Assembly (NCBI RefSeq): GCF_900199515.1
Contig: NZ_LT963434.1
Location: forward strand, 144,057 to 176,056
DNA from: Massilicoli timonensis
GTDB lineage: Bacteria; Bacillota_I; Bacilli_A; Erysipelotrichales; Erysipelotrichaceae
Direction: 5' to 3'
Length of the DNA: 32,000 nucleotides
The translations under genes were made by a program, and so were the position numbers. Numbering within the stretch: position 1 is the first letter of the stretch; each line of letters begins with the position of its first letter. Shown here piece after piece: positions 19,471 to 28,530 of this stretch. Below the pieces are notes generated by a model that was not told the DNA's origin, searched no databases, and saw only the letters and a list, made by a program, of their open reading frames with translations.

Positions 19471-20760
19471 GTGAAAGTGTTTATCGATCGAGTAAAACTG
19501 CACGTAAAAGCGGGAAAAGGCGGAGATGGCATGGTTGCTTTTCGCCGGGAAAAGTATGTGCCTTTGGGTGGACCGAGCGGAGGAGATGGAGGACGCGGCG
19601 GCAACGTCATCTTTGAAGCTGACAGCAATAAGACGACTTTATTAGATCTGCGTTATCAAAAACATGTGAACGCGCCTAACGGAGGGAACGGCAAGATCAA
19701 GAAGATGCACGGTGCCGATGGGGCGGATACGATCGTGAAAGTACCGCTCGGTACGATCGTAAAAGATGCGAGCACCAATCAGATCATAGCCGATCTTACG
19801 CACAATCATCAGCAGGCGATCATTGCGAACGCAGGCAAAGGCGGCCGTGGCAATTTCCGTTTCAGGACGTCAAAAAACACCGCACCGCGTTATAGCGAGC
19901 TAGGCGAACCGGGTGAGGAACGCGATGTGCAGGTGGAATTGAAGCTGCTTGCGGATGTCGGTTTGGTCGGCTTCCCATCGGTAGGAAAATCCACCTTGTT
20001 GTCAGTGGTATCAAAAGCAAAACCGGAAATTGCGGCCTATCATTTTACGACCATCGTTCCGAATTTAGGAATGGTACAGGTTCCAGATGGGCGCAGCTTC
20101 GTGATGGCCGATCTGCCGGGGCTCATTGCCGGTGCTGCGGCGGGAAAAGGCTTAGGACATGCGTTCCTGCGTCATATCGAGCGATGTCGGGTCATTGTGC
20201 ATGTCATCGACATGGGCGCGCATGATGGACGCGATCCGTTAGAAGATTACCGTGTGATCAATGAAGAGCTGAGCGCATATGCTTATCGATTGATGGAACG
20301 TGAACAGATCGTCGTTGCCAATAAGATGGATTTAGAGGGCGCAGCGGAAAATTTGAAACGATTCAAAGCGGCTTACCCAGATCTTCGCGTATTTGAAACG
20401 ACGACGATCATCGCTGAGGGAATGGAACCGTTGCTTTATGCCATTGCGGATGCGCTGGCACATGCGCCGATGTTCCCGCTGATCGATGAGGAAGAAGAAA
20501 CGATGGAAGGTGTCGTTTATAAATTTGAAGAGGAAAAGCCGGCATTTGCGGTTCATAATTTAGGAAACGGCAGATGGCTGTTGGATGGAGAAGGAATTGA
20601 ACGCGCCTTCAAAACAAGCAAGATCGATTCTGATGAAGATGCGATGCGCTTTGCCCGCAAACTGCGGATGATGAAAGTAGATGATGCGCTGCGAGAAGCC
20701 GGCTGCCAAGATGGCGATATCGTAACGCTTTGCAATGTAGAATTTACCTTTGTGGAATAA
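19471..20760 (+). CDS. obg: GTPase Obg
   Basis: 429 aa, GTG start with SD AAAGGAGGTG. Glycine-rich Obg fold (GGDGGRGG), G motifs GFPSVGKST, DLPGL and NKMD, and a C-terminal OCT domain. Confidence 0.95.
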   Translation: MKVFIDRVKLHVKAGKGGDGMVAFRREKYVPLGGPSGGDGGRGGNVIFEADSNKTTLLDLRYQKHVNAPNGGNGKIKKMHGADGADTIVKVPLGTIVKDASTNQIIADLTHNHQQAIIANAGKGGRGNFRFRTSKNTAPRYSELGEPGEERDVQVELKLLADVGLVGFPSVGKSTLLSVVSKAKPEIAAYHFTTIVPNLGMVQVPDGRSFVMADLPGLIAGAAAGKGLGHAFLRHIERCRVIVHVIDMGAHDGRDPLEDYRVINEELSAYAYRLMEREQIVVANKMDLEGAAENLKRFKAAYPDLRVFETTTIIAEGMEPLLYAIADALAHAPMFPLIDEEEETMEGVVYKFEEEKPAFAVHNLGNGRWLLDGEGIERAFKTSKIDSDEDAMRFARKLRMMKVDDALREAGCQDGDIVTLCNVEFTFVE

Positions 20761-20767
20761 ATGAACT

Positions 20768-20798
20768 GCTTTGATCTTTTATGGTCAAAGCTTTTTTT
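20768..20798 (+). terminator. Intrinsic terminator after obg
   Basis: GCTTTGATC / GGTCAAAGC 9-bp stem (one G-U pair) with a 6-nt loop, followed by TTTTTTT (20792-20798). Confidence 0.75.
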
Positions 20799-20832
20799 GT
20801 TAGGTAAAGCATTTCTTTCTATGAGCGCCTTA

Positions 20833-20841
20833 TGTTACAAT
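20833..20841 (+). promoter_or_regulatory. Extended -10 element for xth
   Basis: TGTTACAAT about 30 nt upstream of the xth ATG. No convincing -35. Confidence 0.4.
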
Positions 20842-20871
20842 AGAAATGACGAAAAGGAGCATGAAAGAACA

Positions 20872-21624
20872 ATGAAACTCATATCATGGAACGTAAACGG
20901 CATTCGTGCCTGTAAAAAGAAAGGCTTTGACGATTTTTTTCAAGAAATCGATGCGGATTTATTCTGCATTCAGGAAAGCAAGATGCAGGAAGGACAGGCT
21001 GATATCGACATGCCTGGCTATCATATGTATTTGCACAGCGCTTTGCGCAAAGGCTATTCCGGGGTAATCACCTATACGAAAGAAGCTCCCCTTTCCGTAC
21101 AGAAAGGAATCGGCGATGAGCGCTTTGATGAGGAAGGACGTGCGCTTACTTTAGAATTTAAGGATTTTTATTCTGTGAATGTCTATGTACCAAACAGTCA
21201 GGAAAAACTGGTGCGCTTACCTTATCGCTTGTCATGGGAAGAATGCTTTTTGGCATACGTCAAAAAATTAGAACAGAAAAAACCGGTCATCATCTGCGGC
21301 GATATGAATGTTGCCAAGGAAGAGATCGACCTGAAAAATCCGAAAAGCAATCACTTGAATCCCGGTTTTTCCGATGCGGAGCGAGAAAAGATGCGTATTT
21401 TACAAAACAGCGGTTTCATTGATACGTATCGCTATTTTTATCCTGATAAAGAAAACGCTTATACTTGGTGGAGCTATCGCTTTCAATCAAGAATGAAGGA
21501 CATCGGCTGGCGCATCGACTATTTTTTGGTATCGCAGTGTTTGCGGGAACGTTTGGTGGATGCGATCATTCATAAGGAGGTAATGGGCAGCGATCACTGT
21601 CCGATCGAATTAGACATCAGCTAA
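20872..21624 (+). CDS. xth: Exodeoxyribonuclease III (ExoA/Xth family AP endonuclease)
   Basis: MKLISWNVNGIRA.., CIQESK, ..GSDHCPIELDI. ATG at 20872 with SD AAAAGGAG. The upstream part of the tracked ORF spans the obg terminator and is not coding. Confidence 0.9.
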   Translation: MKLISWNVNGIRACKKKGFDDFFQEIDADLFCIQESKMQEGQADIDMPGYHMYLHSALRKGYSGVITYTKEAPLSVQKGIGDERFDEEGRALTLEFKDFYSVNVYVPNSQEKLVRLPYRLSWEECFLAYVKKLEQKKPVIICGDMNVAKEEIDLKNPKSNHLNPGFSDAEREKMRILQNSGFIDTYRYFYPDKENAYTWWSYRFQSRMKDIGWRIDYFLVSQCLRERLVDAIIHKEVMGSDHCPIELDIS

Positions 21625-21639
21625 CAGAAGGAAACAACT

Positions 21640-21883
21640 ATGATGAAACACGTAATCGAAGATGAGATATATCCAAGTCAAGCATATGTCGGATATGATA
21701 AGGATCGAGAAGATGCTTCTACTTTCATTACAGTGTCGGCAGTGCAAACGGTTTTATGAAATGACGATCAAGGAGAGAGGAAGCATTTGCGCTGTTTGTC
21801 TGAGCGAAATGGAGCGATCATTCATAAACACGCATGTCGCTTTTTTCGTTAGTCTGACTGCGTTTGCGCGGCGGTATTCTTAA
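21640..21883 (+). pseudogene. Small zinc-ribbon-like reading frame split between two frames (possible frameshifted small gene, or non-coding)
   Basis: ATG 21640 has an AAGGAA SD and runs 39 codons to TGA at 21757. The +1 frame carries CRQC-x15-CAVC and runs to TAA at 21883 but has no SD of its own. Confidence 0.25.
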
Positions 21884-21988
21884 CTGTTTTGCGGGTAGTG
21901 GTTGTATGTTTTCAATGGCTCTATTATGCAATAGAAACCCATTTTGGGGGCAAAGGCATAAAATCCCGTCTTAGCGATTTTAACACTG

Positions 21989-22018
21989 AAAAAAAGCCTT
22001 GCAAGAATAGGCTTTTTT
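21989..22018. terminator. Bidirectional intrinsic terminator
   Basis: AAAAAAAGCCT-TGCAAGAAT-AGGCTTTTTT, a perfect stem with an A-run and a T-run. It serves the plus-strand xth region and the convergent VOC gene. Confidence 0.8.
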
Positions 22019-22069
22019 CAATTGCCTACTACGCAACGATACAAGGCGGTTTCAAAATAACAACTGGGT

Positions 22070-22528
22070 TTAACGCATACAGGCATGGACAAATTTCATA
22101 GGTACGCCCATGCGTTCTGCTACTTGTTCCGGGGTCATTCCACTATTTAAGAAGCGTTTGCATACTATTTTCATGTTCTCGCCAACTTCGATAATGTGTT
22201 GATCTGGGTCATAGAAACGAACAACACGCTGTCCCCATGCATGTTCAACAATAGGGTGGACATATTCAACATCACATTCTTTCAGCTTATCCGCAAATTC
22301 ATCGAAATGATCTTCTTCAAAGTAAATTTCAAAGTTATTGCCACCGAAAGAAATGTCGCTTTTTCCGATAAAGTCTTTATATGTTTCAACTGTCTGCAAA
22401 GCCAAACCGCCCGTTAAAGTTTTATTTGCTCCAAAATCCATAATCACATGAAGCCCGAATACTTTTTTATAAAACGCAACTGATTTGTCTATATCTGTTA
22501 CCACCAGCATAGGATTTTTCAATTTCAT
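22070..22528 (-). CDS. VOC (glyoxalase/bleomycin-resistance/dioxygenase) family protein
   Basis: MLVVTDIDKSVAFYKKVFGL.. and ..WGQRVVRFYDPDQHIIEVGE are typical VOC beta-alpha-beta-beta-beta modules. Start chosen at ATG 22528 (SD GGAGGA 7 nt upstream). The tracked ORF begins at TTG 22552. Confidence 0.8.
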   Translation of the reverse strand: MKLKNPMLVVTDIDKSVAFYKKVFGLHVIMDFGANKTLTGGLALQTVETYKDFIGKSDISFGGNNFEIYFEEDHFDEFADKLKECDVEYVHPIVEHAWGQRVVRFYDPDQHIIEVGENMKIVCKRFLNSGMTPEQVAERMGVPMKFVHACMR

Positions 22529-22578
22529 TTTCATTTCCTCCATGAGTTTCAATTTTTTTATCGTCTTTTAATATCGTC

Positions 22579-22607
22579 ATTATATCACTTATCCGGTGTA
22601 ATCGCAA
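22579..22607 (-). promoter_or_regulatory. Sigma-A promoter of the VOC gene
   Basis: Minus strand reads TTGCGA (22607-22602), a 17-nt spacer, then TATAAT (22584-22579) with an upstream TG (extended -10 TGATATAAT). Confidence 0.55.
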
Positions 22608-22855
22608 TTTCATATCACACCTCATCTTTGATTTCATCATCACGTCATAAACGTTCGTATAACCTGTGATTTTCTCGTATTCTGTTGCTGTTTGATTCGC
22701 TGCATCTCACTTTCTGCGATATTATTTTCTCTGTCCTTGATAGATCAGCCCTCTTGACTTCGTTTTTTTAGAGCGATGAAATAGGAACAGGTAAAATATT
22801 GCGTAAAATTTATGCAGCAAAGTCATGATTATTGTTAGGGGGATAGAGGAAAGTA

Positions 22856-22864
22856 TGGTATAAT
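22856..22864 (+). promoter_or_regulatory. Extended -10 promoter element for ruvAB
   Basis: TGGTATAAT 34 nt upstream of the ruvA ATG. No good -35. Confidence 0.45.
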
Positions 22865-22897
22865 GATTGTCGTTAGGAAGATGAGTTAGGTGATGAC

Positions 22898-23482
22898 ATG
22901 ATAGCATTTATAAAAGGCGTTGTCTGCTCGATGCATGCGGACAGCGTGGTAATCGATCATCAGGGCATTGGATTTCGCATTTATACGCCGAATCCGCAGA
23001 TGATCGGAATGGGAAAAGAAGTAACGCTTTATACTTATCAGCATGTACGGGAAGATGCGATCGTGCTGTTTGGCTTTTCCGATATGGAGGAGCATGATTT
23101 ATTTTTGCGTTTGCTTTCCGTAAAAGGGGTCGGTCCTAAAAGTGCGCTGGCAATCTTAGGCGCATGTTCTTTGCATCAACTGATCGCCGCGATCGAAGCG
23201 GGGGATACCGCCTTTTTGAAAAAACTACCGGGAATCGGTGCGAAGAGCGCTTCGCAGATCGTTTTAGATCTAAAAGGAAAGCTGGTGGAAACGGAAAGTG
23301 AAACAGCGCCGCAAGCGGGAAATCAAAATCTCAATGATGCGCTGGAGGCATTAAAGGCGCTTGGCTATAAGCCGGGCGAGATCAATGCGATCCAAAAAGA
23401 ACTGGCGAAGGATCAAAATAAAAGCGTGGATGAATATGTAAGAACAGGTCTGGCATTGATGCTGAAACGAAAGGGTGTGTAA
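22898..23482 (+). CDS. ruvA: Holliday junction branch migration complex subunit RuvA
   Basis: MIAFIKGVV.., HhH motifs ([26 protein letters not shown]), 194 aa. Confidence 0.95.
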   Translation: MIAFIKGVVCSMHADSVVIDHQGIGFRIYTPNPQMIGMGKEVTLYTYQHVREDAIVLFGFSDMEEHDLFLRLLSVKGVGPKSALAILGACSLHQLIAAIEAGDTAFLKKLPGIGAKSASQIVLDLKGKLVETESETAPQAGNQNLNDALEALKALGYKPGEINAIQKELAKDQNKSVDEYVRTGLALMLKRKGV

Positions 23483-23484
23483 AG

Positions 23485-24498
23485 ATGAATCGATTGGTTG
23501 ACGGACATGCGGATCAGCGGGATGACGATGCATCTTTGCGTCCGCAGACATTAGCGGAATATATTGGACAAAAGGATCTGAAGGAAAATTTAGCGGTATT
23601 TATCGAAGCCGCTAAACAGCGGGAAGAGGCGCTGGATCATGTGCTGTTATATGGTCCTCCAGGTCTTGGAAAAACGACCTTATCTTACATTTTAGCGCAT
23701 GAGATGGGAACCAACATCAAAACGGCAAGTGGGCCCTCAATCGAAAAAAGCGGTGATCTGGCGGCGATTCTTTCACAGCTGGAACCCGGCGATATTTTAT
23801 TCATTGATGAGATCCATCGTTTGCCAAAACAGGTAGAAGAGGTACTGTATCCGGCAATGGAAGATTTCTGCATTGATATCGTTGTCGGCAAAGATGCGGC
23901 CGTGCGTTCGATCCGTCTGGATCTGCCGCCTTTTACACTGGTAGGGGCAACGACGCGGGCAGGGGATCTCAGTGCGCCGCTGCGTGATCGTTTCGGTATT
24001 GTCAATCAGTTGCAGTTTTATCATTTAGATGAATTGTGCAAGATCGTATCCCGAACTGCCAAAGTGATGGGCAATGAGATCGCGGAAGGTGCGGTTATGG
24101 AGATTGCCCGCCGTTCAAGAGGGACGCCGCGTATTGCCAATCGTTTGTTTCGTCGGGTGCGGGATTTTGCACAGGTGATGAATGACGGTGTGGTTTCTGA
24201 GGAAATCGCTACGATGGCGCTTGATCGCTTAAAGGTCGATCATATGGGCTTAGATGATGTCGATCATAAATATTTAAGAGGCATCATCGAACGCTTTAAG
24301 GGCGGTCCGGTCGGCATGGAGGCAATCGCCAGCAGCATTGGCGAAGAAGCGATGACTTTAGAAGATGTGTATGAGCCTTATTTGCTTCAGATCGGTTTTA
24401 TCAATCGTACGCCGCGGGGACGTGTCGTTACCGCTAAAGCATATCAGCATTTGGGCATTGCTTATCAGGACGATTTGTTTGGAGGAAAGCTGCCATGA
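23485..24498 (+). CDS. ruvB: Holliday junction branch migration DNA helicase RuvB
   Basis: [12 protein letters not shown].., Walker [10 protein letters not shown], Walker [18 protein letters not shown]. Confidence 0.97.
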   Translation: MNRLVDGHADQRDDDASLRPQTLAEYIGQKDLKENLAVFIEAAKQREEALDHVLLYGPPGLGKTTLSYILAHEMGTNIKTASGPSIEKSGDLAAILSQLEPGDILFIDEIHRLPKQVEEVLYPAMEDFCIDIVVGKDAAVRSIRLDLPPFTLVGATTRAGDLSAPLRDRFGIVNQLQFYHLDELCKIVSRTAKVMGNEIAEGAVMEIARRSRGTPRIANRLFRRVRDFAQVMNDGVVSEEIATMALDRLKVDHMGLDDVDHKYLRGIIERFKGGPVGMEAIASSIGEEAMTLEDVYEPYLLQIGFINRTPRGRVVTAKAYQHLGIAYQDDLFGGKLP

Positions 24499-25787
24499 GG
24501 ATCTCGGATGAAACCAAAAAACAGTATCAGCAGATCTTAAAAGAAGAACTGGTGGTTGCACTTGGCTGTACGGAGCCGATCGCCATCGCCTATGGAGCGG
24601 CGATTGCACGTGATGTGCTCGGAGTGCAGCCGCAGCGGATCAAAGTATGCTGCAGCGGCAATATCATCAAAAATGTGAAAAGCGTCATCGTACCCAATTC
24701 CGGTGGATTGAAAGGGGTCGAGGCGGCGGCGGTGCTGGGGGTCATCGGCGGCAATGCCGACAAATCTTTGGCGGTACTGGAAGATATAAACCAAGCGCAG
24801 ATCGAAGCAGCGCATGCTTTATTAAAAAAACGCTATTGCCAAGTAGAACTGATGGAAAATATCCCCGGCCTGGATATTTTGATCCATCTGTATCATGAAC
24901 AGGATCATGTGAGCGTACAGATCAAACAGACGCATACCAATGTGATCCGTATCGTAAAAAATCAGGAAATTTTATTGGATCGTCCTTGTGATGACAGCGA
25001 TCTGAATGCGAGCTTAACGGATCGCAGCTGTTTGAATATCCGTGCTATTTATGAATTTGCATCGCATGCGGATCTATCGGCGGTCAAGCCGCTTTTAGAA
25101 GATCAGATCCATTATAATCTGGCAATCGCTGAAGAAGGGATCAAAAAAGGCTATGGCGCACAGGTAGGTCCCAGCCTGCTTGCCAAAGCAAGTGATAATT
25201 TTCATAAGGCGATCGCTTATGCGGCGGCCGGCAGCGATGCCCGCATGAGCGGCTGTACGATGGCCGTGGTCGCCAATTCGGGAAGCGGCAATCAGGGCAT
25301 TACCGCCAGCGTTCCCGTTATCGTATATGCACAGGAAAACAATCTTTCTCATGAACGTTTATTGCAGGCGCTGGCCTTTTCCAATTTGGTTACGGTTCGC
25401 TTAAAGGCCGGTATCGGTCGTTTATCCGCTTACTGCGGTGTCGTCTGTGCGGCGTGCGGGGCAATGAGCGCGATCACCTATTTGCAAAACGGTACGATGA
25501 AACAGATCGAACACACGATCATCAATACGCTCGGCAGCATATCCGGCATGGTGTGCGACGGGGCGAAGCCATCCTGCGCCGCTAAGATCGCCAGTGCGCT
25601 GTACAGTGGTATGATCGCACAGAATCTGGCCATGTGCGGGCATGTATTTGAGCCAGATACCGGCATCATCCAGCAGGATATTGAAAAGACCATTGATGCG
25701 ATCGGTGTACTGGGACGCATCGGTATGCGAGAGACCGATCACTGTATCTTAGATATGATGCTACATCCGCTAGATGGATCGATCTAG
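24495..25787 (+). CDS. UPF0597 / L-cysteine desulfidase family protein (CyuA/YhaM-like, serine dehydratase alpha-like fold)
   Basis: 430 aa. [15 protein letters not shown] and [15 protein letters not shown] motifs characteristic of the family. The start overlaps the ruvB stop (ATGA). Confidence 0.8.
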   Translation: MRISDETKKQYQQILKEELVVALGCTEPIAIAYGAAIARDVLGVQPQRIKVCCSGNIIKNVKSVIVPNSGGLKGVEAAAVLGVIGGNADKSLAVLEDINQAQIEAAHALLKKRYCQVELMENIPGLDILIHLYHEQDHVSVQIKQTHTNVIRIVKNQEILLDRPCDDSDLNASLTDRSCLNIRAIYEFASHADLSAVKPLLEDQIHYNLAIAEEGIKKGYGAQVGPSLLAKASDNFHKAIAYAAAGSDARMSGCTMAVVANSGSGNQGITASVPVIVYAQENNLSHERLLQALAFSNLVTVRLKAGIGRLSAYCGVVCAACGAMSAITYLQNGTMKQIEHTIINTLGSISGMVCDGAKPSCAAKIASALYSGMIAQNLAMCGHVFEPDTGIIQQDIEKTIDAIGVLGRIGMRETDHCILDMMLHPLDGSI

Positions 25788-26132
25788 CGGTTTTTTCTTT
25801 GCTTTGGCAAGCAATGTGCCGATACAGAAGACGACTCCTTTGACCAACTGCCAGAGGTAGAAAATCGACCATCCTTTTATCATCCAGGAAAGTCCCAAAA
25901 ATAAAAAAACAACTACTAATGCGCCGATAAATTCTTTTTTTGCTAAAGCACTCCCAAACAAGTGTCCCAATAAAAGAAAGAGCGGCAGCGCAAACAACTG
26001 GATCAACGCCGCATAGATCGAAAAAGATAAAAGCGATCTATGGTATAAATAAGCCGTTAATGCCGACACTAATACTGTTATCACAAACAGTGCGGCGAAA
26101 CGGAGCAATGGATTCTTCAAAATGACATTCAT
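25770..26132 (-). CDS. Small hypothetical membrane protein (about 4 TM segments)
   Basis: Hydrophobic 120-126 aa ORF with a K-rich C-terminus. ATG at 26132 has SD GAGGTG 6 nt upstream, while the tracked start at 26150 lacks one. No family recognised. Confidence 0.5.
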   Translation of the reverse strand: MNVILKNPLLRFAALFVITVLVSALTAYLYHRSLLSFSIYAALIQLFALPLFLLLGHLFGSALAKKEFIGALVVVFLFLGLSWMIKGWSIFYLWQLVKGVVFCIGTLLAKAKKKPLDRSI

Positions 26133-26192
26133 CTCATTCACCTCACTCAAACATATGAAAAAAGCTTGAAAAATATGTATGGAGGAAAGGAT

Positions 26193-26876
26193 ATGGATTT
26201 TTATTTATCACTGATTGCAAAGTGTATCATGTGTTATTTGGTCATTGTGGTCGCACTGCGTGTCATGGGCAAGCGGGAAGTCGGCGAGCTTTCGATCTTC
26301 GATATCGTGATCTTTTTGTTAATGTCAGAGATTTTGGCGATTTCCATTGAAAATGACGGCAGTATTTTTCGTTCGCTCATTCCGATCGCAACCTTGGCGA
26401 TCTTACAGATCGTTTTTTCACTCATTTCCTTAAAGAGCAAACGCATCCGTGATCTGATTGACGGTAAACCGGTCGTTTTGATCCACAATGGGCACATCTT
26501 TCAGGATCGAATGAAAAAAGAACGTTATACGATCGATGATATGATGACACAGGTTCGAGAAGCCCAGCTGACCACTCCTGAGGAAGTCGGATTCGCAGTA
26601 CTGGAAAATAAAGGAACGCTGTCAGTCGTTGCCAAAAGCGACTGTAAAAGCAAACATCCTTTTCCGATCATCAGTGATGGCATCATCAACCAGTCAGCCT
26701 TGAAAGATTTGCATCAGGATGAGACATGGCTGCGGAAACAGATGTATAAAGAGGGCATCCGCGATATAGATGAGGTATTTATGGCAATGTATTTGAAAAG
26801 CGGCTGGTATGTGTTAAAAAAAGAGACGAAGTCAACCAACCGCCTGATGAAAGCATTATGCTTTTGGAAGAAATGA
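26193..26876 (+). CDS. DUF421 domain membrane protein (YetF family)
   Basis: N-terminal TM region with VALRVMGKREVGELSIFDIVIFLLMSE, then a soluble C-terminal domain. ATG at 26193 with SD GGAGGA. Confidence 0.8.
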   Translation: MDFYLSLIAKCIMCYLVIVVALRVMGKREVGELSIFDIVIFLLMSEILAISIENDGSIFRSLIPIATLAILQIVFSLISLKSKRIRDLIDGKPVVLIHNGHIFQDRMKKERYTIDDMMTQVREAQLTTPEEVGFAVLENKGTLSVVAKSDCKSKHPFPIISDGIINQSALKDLHQDETWLRKQMYKEGIRDIDEVFMAMYLKSGWYVLKKETKSTNRLMKALCFWKK

Positions 26877-28193
26877 ACCTTGTTCATGATGGAGGAACCG
26901 TCCAAACAGCCGAATTGCATGTAACAATGTCGTGAGGCACATACCGGCGCATAAACCGATGCTCAGCACATCTGCCTGAAAGAACGGAGAAAGAAAGCAA
27001 ACACAGAACAAGCGCAGCAAAGATCCAAGGATCGTATCCCACATCGCCTGTCTGGAACAGGATAAAGCGTGCAGCAGGGAAGTGAGAGGAGGCTGCAAAG
27101 CGTATAGAATAAAGGGAATCGCCAGATGTTTCAGTGTTTTTGCCCCTAAGCTTTGATGATAAAATAACTGAAGCAGTTGTGATGGGAATAAGAAACAGAT
27201 GATTGCACACCCACTGCCGATAAGCAAGCAAGTCCCCAGGATCATCACGCAAAGTTTTTTGGCATTTTGCGCATCATGGCGATAAAGCCGATACGTAAAA
27301 GCAGGCAAAAGCATATTGGATAACGTGATCGTTAAAAAAGAAGGCATCGTTAGCAATGGCAACAGATAGCCGTTTATGATACCATATGCTTCGATCATGG
27401 CGGCATGCATGCTTTCTTTGATGAGTGCAAGCATCAGCAGCGGTTCTAAAAAACTGGTAAAGGATCCGATGAAACGAGAAGATGTCATCGGAATGGAGAT
27501 TTGGAGCACTTGATCATAGTGCTCTTTTTTCAGCGTGGGAACAGCATGTGGAAAGGCTTTTAAGGAAGAAAAAGATAGGTGCATGCAAAGCATCATGTAG
27601 ATAGCGGAAGCAAATTCACCGATGCTGATGGAAAACATGGCCAAGGCTGCCATTTGATAGGGATCGAAGGTGTGTACCCGTTGAAAGGTAAACAGCAGAA
27701 AGGCGATGCGTGCTGCTTCTTCGATGATCTGTGAAGAGGTAGAAAGCAAATGGTGCCTTTTTCCTAACAGATAGCCTTTGCATAGCCCTGATAATGCCAC
27801 TAATGGGATCAAAGGAAGGATCGCGTAGAGGATCTGATCGATTGCGGCATCATGAAACAGCAGGGTGGAAAGGAAAGGGATGAAGACGGCAAACAGCACA
27901 ACGGTTGCCACAGTCGTAACGATGGTGAAAAGCAAAGCGGAAAACAGCGGTTTTTGATAACGATCGTTTTGTGCCATTACTTTGGAGATTGCGGCCGGTA
28001 TTCCCATTTGCGCGATGGTGATCAGGATCAGCATCGTCGGCGATACCAATGAATAAAGGCTCATTGCCTCAGTGCTCATGCCTCTGGCCAATAAAATGCG
28101 TATAAAAAAGGAAGCGGCTTTGGCGATAACAGATAGTAGGATTAAAGTACAGGTCGATATAAATATTGTTTTTTTCACATTTTCACTCCACAT
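26856..28193 (-). CDS. MOP-superfamily polysaccharide/lipid-II flippase-like protein (SpoVB/YtgP-like)
   Basis: About 445 aa with many TM helices. N-terminus ..LLSVIAKAASFFIRILLARGMSTEAMSLYSLV resembles SpoVB/MurJ-type flippases. Synteny spoVB-comN-secDF as in Bacillus. An alternative GTG start at 28178 has a better SD (GGAGTG). Confidence 0.75.
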   Translation of the reverse strand: MWSENVKKTIFISTCTLILLSVIAKAASFFIRILLARGMSTEAMSLYSLVSPTMLILITIAQMGIPAAISKVMAQNDRYQKPLFSALLFTIVTTVATVVLFAVFIPFLSTLLFHDAAIDQILYAILPLIPLVALSGLCKGYLLGKRHHLLSTSSQIIEEAARIAFLLFTFQRVHTFDPYQMAALAMFSISIGEFASAIYMMLCMHLSFSSLKAFPHAVPTLKKEHYDQVLQISIPMTSSRFIGSFTSFLEPLLMLALIKESMHAAMIEAYGIINGYLLPLLTMPSFLTITLSNMLLPAFTYRLYRHDAQNAKKLCVMILGTCLLIGSGCAIICFLFPSQLLQLFYHQSLGAKTLKHLAIPFILYALQPPLTSLLHALSCSRQAMWDTILGSLLRLFCVCFLSPFFQADVLSIGLCAGMCLTTLLHAIRLFGRFLHHEQGSFLPKA

Positions 28194-28209
28194 TTCTCGC
28201 TTTTTCGAT

Positions 28210-28215
28210 TATAAT
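28210..28215 (+). promoter_or_regulatory. -10 element (TATAAT) for the comN-like/secDF transcription unit
   Basis: TATAAT lies 28 nt upstream of ATG 28243. There is a weak -35 (TCCACA) at 17-nt spacing. It sits in the divergent intergenic region shared with the flippase-like gene. Confidence 0.4.
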
Positions 28216-28242
28216 ATTGTCTATGATGTTAAGGAGGGAATT

Positions 28243-28530
28243 ATGAATTACGAAGATATTGTTCATAATCCACAGGTGAAGCTCGCCATTTCACTCAAGC
28301 ATCTGCACTTGCAAAGAGAAGAGCTCGCTTCCCTTACTTATCAGCAGGTGGAAGCAACGATGCTTCACTATATTTGGAAATATAAGAAGCCTGCCTCGCT
28401 GCATCAGGCAGTTGATGATATTTTCGCATTACAGTTGGGTGAGATCGTCGGCTATCTGTCGAATCAGGCGATCGTGGTCGGCTCGCAGATGGAACTGGAT
28501 GATTTTCAGGATTTAATAGGAGGACATTAG
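28243..28530 (+). CDS. Post-transcriptional regulator ComN/YrzD-like protein
   Basis: 95 aa from ATG 28243 (SD AAGGAGGG). Small acidic protein immediately upstream of secDF, the ComN position in Bacillus. The tracked upstream extension overlaps the divergent gene. Confidence 0.6.
   Translation: MNYEDIVHNPQVKLAISLKHLHLQREELASLTYQQVEATMLHYIWKYKKPASLHQAVDDIFALQLGEIVGYLSNQAIVVGSQMELDDFQDLIGGH

Noticed and set aside
20761-20871. N-terminal 37-codon extension of the xth ORF in the ORF track
   Set aside because: It contains the obg terminator hairpin and the xth promoter element. The conserved ExoIII N-terminus (MKLISWNVNG) with a good SD starts at 20872.
21889-22101. 70-aa plus-strand ORF
   Set aside because: It starts at a non-ATG codon without an SD, spans the bidirectional terminator, and overlaps the 3' end of the VOC gene.
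22722-23095. 61-aa and 69-aa minus-strand ORFs upstream of and overlapping ruvA
   Set aside because: They have no SD. One is antisense to the ruvA start, and their composition is typical of AT-rich intergenic translation.
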